Assembly: GCA_964434885.1 (NCBI GenBank)
Contig: CAYSWQ010000001.1
Location: 11,327-75,326, forward strand
Direction of reading: 5' to 3'
Source: an uncultured Methanosarcinales archaeon
Lineage (GTDB): Archaea > Nanobdellota > Nanobdellia > Woesearchaeales > GW2011-AR9
DNA length: 64,000 bases
A program made the translations under genes and the position numbers. Positions 58,850 to 64,000 of the stretch are shown piece after piece (position 1 is the stretch's first letter; each line of letters opens with the position of its first letter). The notes below the pieces were generated by a model, which saw only the letters and a list, made by a program, of their open reading frames with translations, had not been told where the DNA came from and did no database searches.

Positions 58850-60196
58850 TTATGGAGTAGTTAAGTTCAAACGTTGTCCATCTTTCATTAAATGAACTGT
58901 TTTGTCTTGTACATAACCCATCTCAACTGCTAAATCTGCTAAATGGTGAGAAAGTTTGTATTCACAATGAGAAGGAATGATGTGTTTTGGTTTTACTAAC
59001 TCAAATAGATCTCGATGATCTTCTCTAGCGGCATGACCTGAAACATGGATATCTCTAAAGATTCTTGCCCCTTTTTGTCGTAAAGCACTTTCTAATTCGG
59101 CCCGGTTGTCTTTATTTAAAGTAACTGGAATGACTGAACAACTGAAAACAACTAAATCTCCTGGCTTCAAATCAAACTTTAATTCTCCACGGGCCATTCT
59201 TGGTAATATTGCTCGTGGTTCTCCTTGATGTCCGGTTACAACCATTAAATATTTTCCTTTATTTTTAGAGGCCTGTTGCAAGAAACTTTGAATTTGTCTT
59301 CTTTTTTTGATTAGTTTTACATCTTTACGAAAATCAATAATATCTAAGTTTTGTCCAGCTAAAGTATATTTGGATAAAGACCTTCCTAAGAAAACAATTT
59401 GTCTTCCTAGTTTTTTACCCATTTCAACAATACTTTTTAATCTAGCTAAATGAGAAGCGAAAGTAGTTACAATCAAAGCGTGATTTTGGGAATTAACTCC
59501 TAGTAAAACGTCTTTTAACATCTGTTTGGCTACTGATTCAGAAGGCATCTTCTTATGATCATGAGCATATAATGATTCGCAAATTAAAGCGAGAACATTT
59601 TTATTTCCTAGTTCTTCTAGTCTTTTGAAATTTGGTTTCTTTCCCAAAGTTGGTTGACGATCGAACTTGTAATCATTAGCATACATAATAGTTCCATATT
59701 TGGTGTGTAGCGCAATCAAAGAAGCTTGTGGGATTGAATGTGTAACATTAATTAGTTCTAGAGTGAGGTTCTTGGAAAGTTGATATATAGAGTTAAGATT
59801 TAAACCAATAACTTTGTTAGGAACATCAATATGGTCATCTCTAATCATCCCTTTCAAAACTTCAGCAGTATAAGGGGTACAAATAACTGGTGCTTTTGGA
59901 AAATGAGAACTACAAAAAGGAATTGCCCCAATGTGGTCTAAATGACCGTGAGCAGGAACGATGGCTTTGACTTTGTCATGCCAATCTTTGATTAACCCCA
60001 TATCTGGAACAGCCTCAACATTTAATAATTCTTCATATTGTTTAGGGCTGATGTCTTCTCTGTCTTCAGAATAACTGATGTAGTTTTCCATGTGCAAACC
60101 AATATCAAAAATAACAACTTCATCATCTACTTTGATGGCAGTACAATTCTTTCCAGTTTCGGAGTAACCTCCAACTGCACATATTTCTACTGGCAT
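58850..60196 (-). CDS. Beta-CASP family ribonuclease (metallo-beta-lactamase fold; aRNase J / aCPSF2-like)
   Basis: HGHLDH motif, beta-CASP motifs; start taken at MPVEICAVGG (60196). The ORF-track start at 60301 would read into the structured GC-rich element. Confidence 0.75.
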   Translation of the reverse strand: MPVEICAVGGYSETGKNCTAIKVDDEVVIFDIGLHMENYISYSEDREDISPKQYEELLNVEAVPDMGLIKDWHDKVKAIVPAHGHLDHIGAIPFCSSHFPKAPVICTPYTAEVLKGMIRDDHIDVPNKVIGLNLNSIYQLSKNLTLELINVTHSIPQASLIALHTKYGTIMYANDYKFDRQPTLGKKPNFKRLEELGNKNVLALICESLYAHDHKKMPSESVAKQMLKDVLLGVNSQNHALIVTTFASHLARLKSIVEMGKKLGRQIVFLGRSLSKYTLAGQNLDIIDFRKDVKLIKKRRQIQSFLQQASKNKGKYLMVVTGHQGEPRAILPRMARGELKFDLKPGDLVVFSCSVIPVTLNKDNRAELESALRQKGARIFRDIHVSGHAAREDHRDLFELVKPKHIIPSHCEYKLSHHLADLAVEMGYVQDKTVHLMKDGQRLNLTTP

Positions 60197-60248
60197 TTTA
60201 AGAGAAAAATAGTTTTGGTTTAAAAATGTTTGTTTAAAAGAAATAAAT

Positions 60249-60460
60249 GTGCGCGGCAGGGCTTTCGAAAAAAGTTGCACTTTTTCTAAATCATTAAGCA
60301 CAGCTTAATATTCGAACCTGCGTAGGTACTAAACCAACGGATGGCTCCCGAGTATTTCATCAGTCTGGATAGACCTCTTCACTCAATGACTTGAGTATGG
60401 ACTCATTAGCACCTTAATGCTAAACGAACCGTCCCGTTTGACCACTCCGGCACGCGCACA
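60249..60460. ncRNA. Candidate structured non-coding RNA of unknown class (about 210 nt)
   Basis: GC-enriched block in an AT-rich spacer; ends are perfect inverted complements (GUGCGCG...CGCGCAC); internal perfect palindromes (AUUAAGC-UGU-GCUUAAU, GAAAAAG-UGCAA-CUUUUUUC); K-turn-like GAGU-GAAGA ... UGAUGA-AAU-ACUC; TATA-like boxes on both sides. Confidence 0.4.
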
Positions 60461-60561
60461 AGTAAAATGATAAATTATTGTGTTTTTATAAAGTTATTGT
60501 AGAAAAAGAAGTGTTAAATTAGTACTATATAAATACTAAAAAAAGTAGGAATAAAAAATAA

Positions 60562-61044
60562 TTAAGAAAGACTGCTTAGTTTCTTTTCGATTTCTCCAAG
60601 TTCTTTTTCCAAAGAATCTAGTTCTGGATGAACTGGTGGAGCTGGTTCTGGCTCAGGTTCTTGTTCAGGCACAGGTTCTGGCTTAGGTTCTGGTTTTGGT
60701 TTTAACTCAGGATGTTCAGCCTCAATCTCTTTCTTGATCCGACCATAGGTTCTTTCAGCTTTAAGTTTGCTTCGAGGTAACAATCTTCTTAGTTTATTGA
60801 TAGTTAATTTAATTTCTCGTAGGTCTTCTTTTAATAAACCAATGGTGAATGTTTTCTCTTCTTTAACTTTCTTGAACTCTTCATAACTTTGTAAGAATTG
60901 AATTACTTCTCGTGTTGGCTCTAAAACATTTCTACGTAACTCTACAGGATCACCCAAACCAATAAAATACGGTTCTTTTGGTTTAGCAACTGGTTTTCTT
61001 TTAGAAGTTGTTCTCTTCCGTTTGGTTGTTTTTTTCTTAGCCAT
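60562..61044 (-). CDS. Hypothetical basic/helical protein with PEPK-repeat tail (member 3 of motif-sharing triplet)
   Basis: K/R-rich N-terminus, motif PYFIGLGDPVEL, helical core, KPKPEPKPEPVPEQEPEPEP repeat, short C-terminal helix. Confidence 0.4.
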   Translation of the reverse strand: MAKKKTTKRKRTTSKRKPVAKPKEPYFIGLGDPVELRRNVLEPTREVIQFLQSYEEFKKVKEEKTFTIGLLKEDLREIKLTINKLRRLLPRSKLKAERTYGRIKKEIEAEHPELKPKPEPKPEPVPEQEPEPEPAPPVHPELDSLEKELGEIEKKLSSLS

Positions 61045-61046
61045 TC

Positions 61047-61274
61047 TTAAAATCGTTCTGGTTCATGCAATGAATTTTCTATTGTCTTGATACGATTGTC
61101 TATTTCAGCTAAAGCGCCTTGCCAACTTTGTAATTGAGCGTCTTCTTCTTGTTTTAGCTGATTGATTTTATTTAATGTTTCTTTAGCAGAAGCTAACCTA
61201 GCTTTTAGAGTAGCAGTGGTATTAATAACTTCCTCATATTCTTCAATTTTAACAAAAACAGGCATTTTTTCCAT
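61047..61274 (-). CDS. Hypothetical small coiled-coil protein (member 2 of triplet)
   Basis: 75 aa; N-terminal PVFVKIEEYEEV motif then a single long helix. Confidence 0.4.
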   Translation of the reverse strand: MEKMPVFVKIEEYEEVINTTATLKARLASAKETLNKINQLKQEEDAQLQSWQGALAEIDNRIKTIENSLHEPERF

Positions 61275-61280
61275 TTTGAA

Positions 61281-61721
61281 TCACCTTTTAAAGATTAGAT
61301 CATCCATGTATAATAATCTCTCATGGATTTTTCTTAACTCTTTTCTTAATTTTTCATAATTTTTATTTTCATTATACTCTGAATTTTCAAGTTTTTCTGT
61401 AGTTAAATCCAACTCTAAAACATGAGTCTTAATATCGCTGGCATCCTTGAGAAGTTCTTGATAAGATTGGACTCGAAGAAAGAAAGGATAATTAAGAGCA
61501 GGAGTACTCATCGTTGTTGGTTTAGGAAAACTTTTTTCTTCAGAAATTTCTGTAGGTAGTGGTTCCATGTCAGGCATCTGAGGAGGTTCCTCCAATCCAA
61601 CAGATTTTTTAATATCTTCTGGAGCAGGAATTTTACTAGTTGATTCAGGGAATTTTAACAAATCATCTGAATGTTCAGGTAAAGGTACTGTCACTTTCTT
61701 TTTTTTAAAAAACCATCCCAT
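61281..61721 (-). CDS. Hypothetical protein with disordered acidic/Pro N-terminus and helical C-terminus (member 1 of triplet)
   Basis: 146 aa; motif PFFLRVQSYQEL at the start of the helical part. Confidence 0.4.
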   Translation of the reverse strand: MGWFFKKKKVTVPLPEHSDDLLKFPESTSKIPAPEDIKKSVGLEEPPQMPDMEPLPTEISEEKSFPKPTTMSTPALNYPFFLRVQSYQELLKDASDIKTHVLELDLTTEKLENSEYNENKNYEKLRKELRKIHERLLYMDDLIFKR

Positions 61722-61820
61722 TTTATCTATTTAAAAAGAAATACTCTTATAAACTTTGTTGAGTATTTTATAATAGTAAAAATAGAAAAGTATTTATTGT
61801 GGATAAAATTCCCGTGGAAG

Positions 61821-64000
61821 ATGAGGTGGAAAGTTGTTAATTGGATTTTTTGTTTTTGGTTATTTATTCTGAGTGTTGAAGGGAGTGTACTGATTAATGA
61901 AGTTATGTATGATCCTGGGCAGTGTGCAGATAGTTATTGTGAATGGGTAGAGTTGTATAATTCAGGAAATGAAACTTTTGATTTGCAAGGTTGTTTTTTT
62001 GATGGAGATAATTTATCTGGAAACATTTCTGCTAATGAATATTTAGTTTTAGTTAGAAATAAAGATAATTTTCAAAAGTATTTTGGTGGGAATAATTTAG
62101 TTGAGATTTCTTTGAGTTTAGTTAATAAAGGAAAAGAATTGAAATTAAATGGTAATTGTTCAGATATTTTTGATTATAGTTCTTTTGTTAGTTTAGCTAA
62201 GGGTAACAACTATACTTTAGAAAGAAATAACAAAGGAAAATGGGAAAAAAGTTTAGTTGATGGTGGAACTCCGGGAAAGAAAAATAGTGTTGTTAATTTT
62301 AATCAAGATTATTCTAAATTAAAAATTACTGAGGTGATGGTTGATCCTTTTGGTAAGGATAATGAACAAAAACCACTTGGAGAGTGGATAGAAGTTTATA
62401 ATTCTGGGGGGAAACCAATTAATTTAGGTGGGTTGGTGTTGTATGATTCGGAAGATGATCACGAATTATTTATTAGTCAAAGTAATTTTGATAAAGTTGT
62501 GTTGGGTGGTGGAGAATATGGGGTAATATATAGGAACCGAGATTCAGATTTTGATTTGAGTAAAACAAAAGATAAAGTGAGGTTATATACTGGATATCCT
62601 CTTTCTAATGCGGTTTTGATAGATCAAGTTAGTCTTTCCAATTCAAAAGAAGGAATGAGTTGGAGCAAATTCGGAAATAATTGGTATCAAACTAAACCAA
62701 CTCCGGGAAAAGAGAATATTTATACAGAGAAATGTGATTGGATGATTGATTTGGAATTAGATAATTCGATCTTTCAAAATAAAGGTTTGGATTTTAAAGT
62801 TAATGTAAAAAGAAATTTTGGAGTAGAAGAAAATATTTCTGTTTCTGGTAAGATTGAAGATTTGTTTGGGAAAGTTGTAAGAAGTTATACTCCCTGGACA
62901 AATTACCGGATAGTTGGTTCTAGTAGCAAATCTTATTCTCCAAATTTAAAAGAAGGAAATTACCAATTAATTTTTGAATTGAGTGGATTGAAGTGTAATG
63001 ATTCGGAGTGGGAAAATAACCAAGTTCGTCGATTAGTTTCAATCAATCCGGCATATCAAAAAAATGATTCTAAATTGGAGATTGAGAGATTGTATTTGGG
63101 TTCGGATAATTCAGTAGAATGGGGAGATCAATTTCAAATTAAATTAAATTTGTATAAAGGACAAAATAGTAAATCTACTGTAGAGGTTTATGTTGAGAAA
63201 GACGGAGAAGTGATAAGCAAAAGAACAAAAATTAATCTGTATGATGAATATAAAAATTATCCTTTGGTTTTGCCGATACAATTAATTCCTAATTGTAATG
63301 AAAAAATAGAAGATGGAAAAGGAAAACTTGTTTTGAAAGGATTAGGTTTGGAAGTGGGAAAAGAATTTGAAATTTCGGGAGTAGATAAAGAGGTTTGTAA
63401 AGATTATTTAGATTATGTAAAAGAAGACAATAAGAAAAAAGATAAGATTCGGAAACAAAATGCTTATCAAGTTTTGGAATTTCCTAGGACCTTGTATTCA
63501 GGCGAGGTTTATTCAGTAAAAGTACAGCTTTTGGGAGATGCTGATGAACATGATTTTAAAGTTTGGAGTTATCTTTACAAAGGCAATAAATGTGTTTCTT
63601 GTTTTGGTGGAAATCGAGAAAGTAATTTAATTGATTTTAAATTGAAAGAAGATGAAGTTAAGCAAATTGAGATGTTGATTAAAGTTGATGAAGAAGTTTC
63701 AATGGGTGAGTATCGATTGAAAGTTAAGTTGAATAAAGATGGATTAAAAACAAATCGGGAGTTGATGAAAAGCGTTTATATTAAACCTAAGGATAAGAAG
63801 AAAGTAATTAATCAATCTACTTCTTTATTTGGGATCTCCGAATTGAATGATAAATCTGTGAATGAGAGAACAAGTGTTGATTCTCGGAAAGAAAAAATAA
63901 TTCATGAACTTCCTGGAATTGTGGTTTATGAATCTAGTTCGCAGAAAGCAAATAATTTAATTCCTTATTTATTGGTGGGTGTTTTTGGATTATTAAGTGT
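61821..64000 (+). CDS. Large surface protein with signal peptide and two lamin-tail domains, 3' partial (runs off the window)
   Basis: MRWKVVNWIFCFWLFILSVEG signal; LTD1 VLINEVMYDPGQCADSYCEWVELYNSG; LTD2 LKITEVMVDPFGKDNEQKPLGEWIEVYNSGG; open frame to the window end with a hydrophobic stretch (IPYLLVGVFGLLS) near the edge; not in the ORF track because it has no stop. Confidence 0.55.
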   Translation, partial: MRWKVVNWIFCFWLFILSVEGSVLINEVMYDPGQCADSYCEWVELYNSGNETFDLQGCFFDGDNLSGNISANEYLVLVRNKDNFQKYFGGNNLVEISLSLVNKGKELKLNGNCSDIFDYSSFVSLAKGNNYTLERNNKGKWEKSLVDGGTPGKKNSVVNFNQDYSKLKITEVMVDPFGKDNEQKPLGEWIEVYNSGGKPINLGGLVLYDSEDDHELFISQSNFDKVVLGGGEYGVIYRNRDSDFDLSKTKDKVRLYTGYPLSNAVLIDQVSLSNSKEGMSWSKFGNNWYQTKPTPGKENIYTEKCDWMIDLELDNSIFQNKGLDFKVNVKRNFGVEENISVSGKIEDLFGKVVRSYTPWTNYRIVGSSSKSYSPNLKEGNYQLIFELSGLKCNDSEWENNQVRRLVSINPAYQKNDSKLEIERLYLGSDNSVEWGDQFQIKLNLYKGQNSKSTVEVYVEKDGEVISKRTKINLYDEYKNYPLVLPIQLIPNCNEKIEDGKGKLVLKGLGLEVGKEFEISGVDKEVCKDYLDYVKEDNKKKDKIRKQNAYQVLEFPRTLYSGEVYSVKVQLLGDADEHDFKVWSYLYKGNKCVSCFGGNRESNLIDFKLKEDEVKQIEMLIKVDEEVSMGEYRLKVKLNKDGLKTNRELMKSVYIKPKDKKKVINQSTSLFGISELNDKSVNERTSVDSRKEKIIHELPGIVVYESSSQKANNLIPYLLVGVFGLLS

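Noticed and set aside
60197-60301. N-terminal 35 aa of the ORF-track beta-CASP RNase (MLNDLEKVQLFSKALPRTFISFKQ...)
   Set aside because: This stretch reads through the GC-rich structured element. Beta-CASP/MBL proteins begin at the conserved MPVEICAVGG, and a TATA-like box sits about 26 nt upstream of that Met. It is treated as an ORF-extension artefact.
60249-60460. SRP (7S) RNA or tRNA assignment for the GC-rich element
   Set aside because: There is no helix-8 signature (AGCAG / GNAR tetraloop) on either strand. A GGUUCGAAU T-loop-like string is present, but no cloverleaf with acceptor, D and anticodon arms can be formed. The class is left open.
1-64000. CRISPR arrays, rRNA genes, transposases/integrases
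   Set aside because: No regularly spaced direct repeats, no rRNA-like conserved blocks, and no transposase- or integrase-like ORFs were seen on either strand.

Overview
This is an AT-rich archaeal chromosomal segment, densely packed on both strands and most consistent with a DPANN-type small genome. The core is conserved information-processing genes: the exosome operon (Rrp4 3' end, Rrp41, Rrp42, RpoK), Pth2, L44e, S27e, aIF2-alpha and Nop10, then aIF2-gamma, Alba, S17e, the L1-P0-P1 stalk operon, L40e, aIF5A, an archaeal histone, aRF1, SerRS, Orc1/Cdc6, XPD, PCNA, a beta-CASP RNase, NAC-alpha/Sec61-beta and SecDF. Between these sit several bacterial-type metabolic genes: a thyA-folA-glyA cluster with folC nearby, bacterial-type MetK, Fpg/Nei, an SDR and an epimerase. 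Several features are absent from the ORF track: an RNase P RNA (minus strand, about 56024-56391), a second structured GC-rich element of unknown class (60249-60460), and the short genes Nop10 and L40e. Accessory-looking content is mostly cell-surface genes. Two heavily N-glycosylation-sequon-rich surface proteins carry lamin-tail domains. There is also a PD-repeat lipoprotein, a transglutaminase-like membrane protein next to a Cys-rich two-pass surface protein, and an ABC-2 exporter. Two small gene groups of unknown function stand out: a MinD-adjacent tandem paralog pair, and three consecutive short helical proteins sharing a P-x-F-h-x-h-x-x-[YP]-x-E-h motif. No CRISPR array, rRNA, clear tRNA or mobile element was seen.
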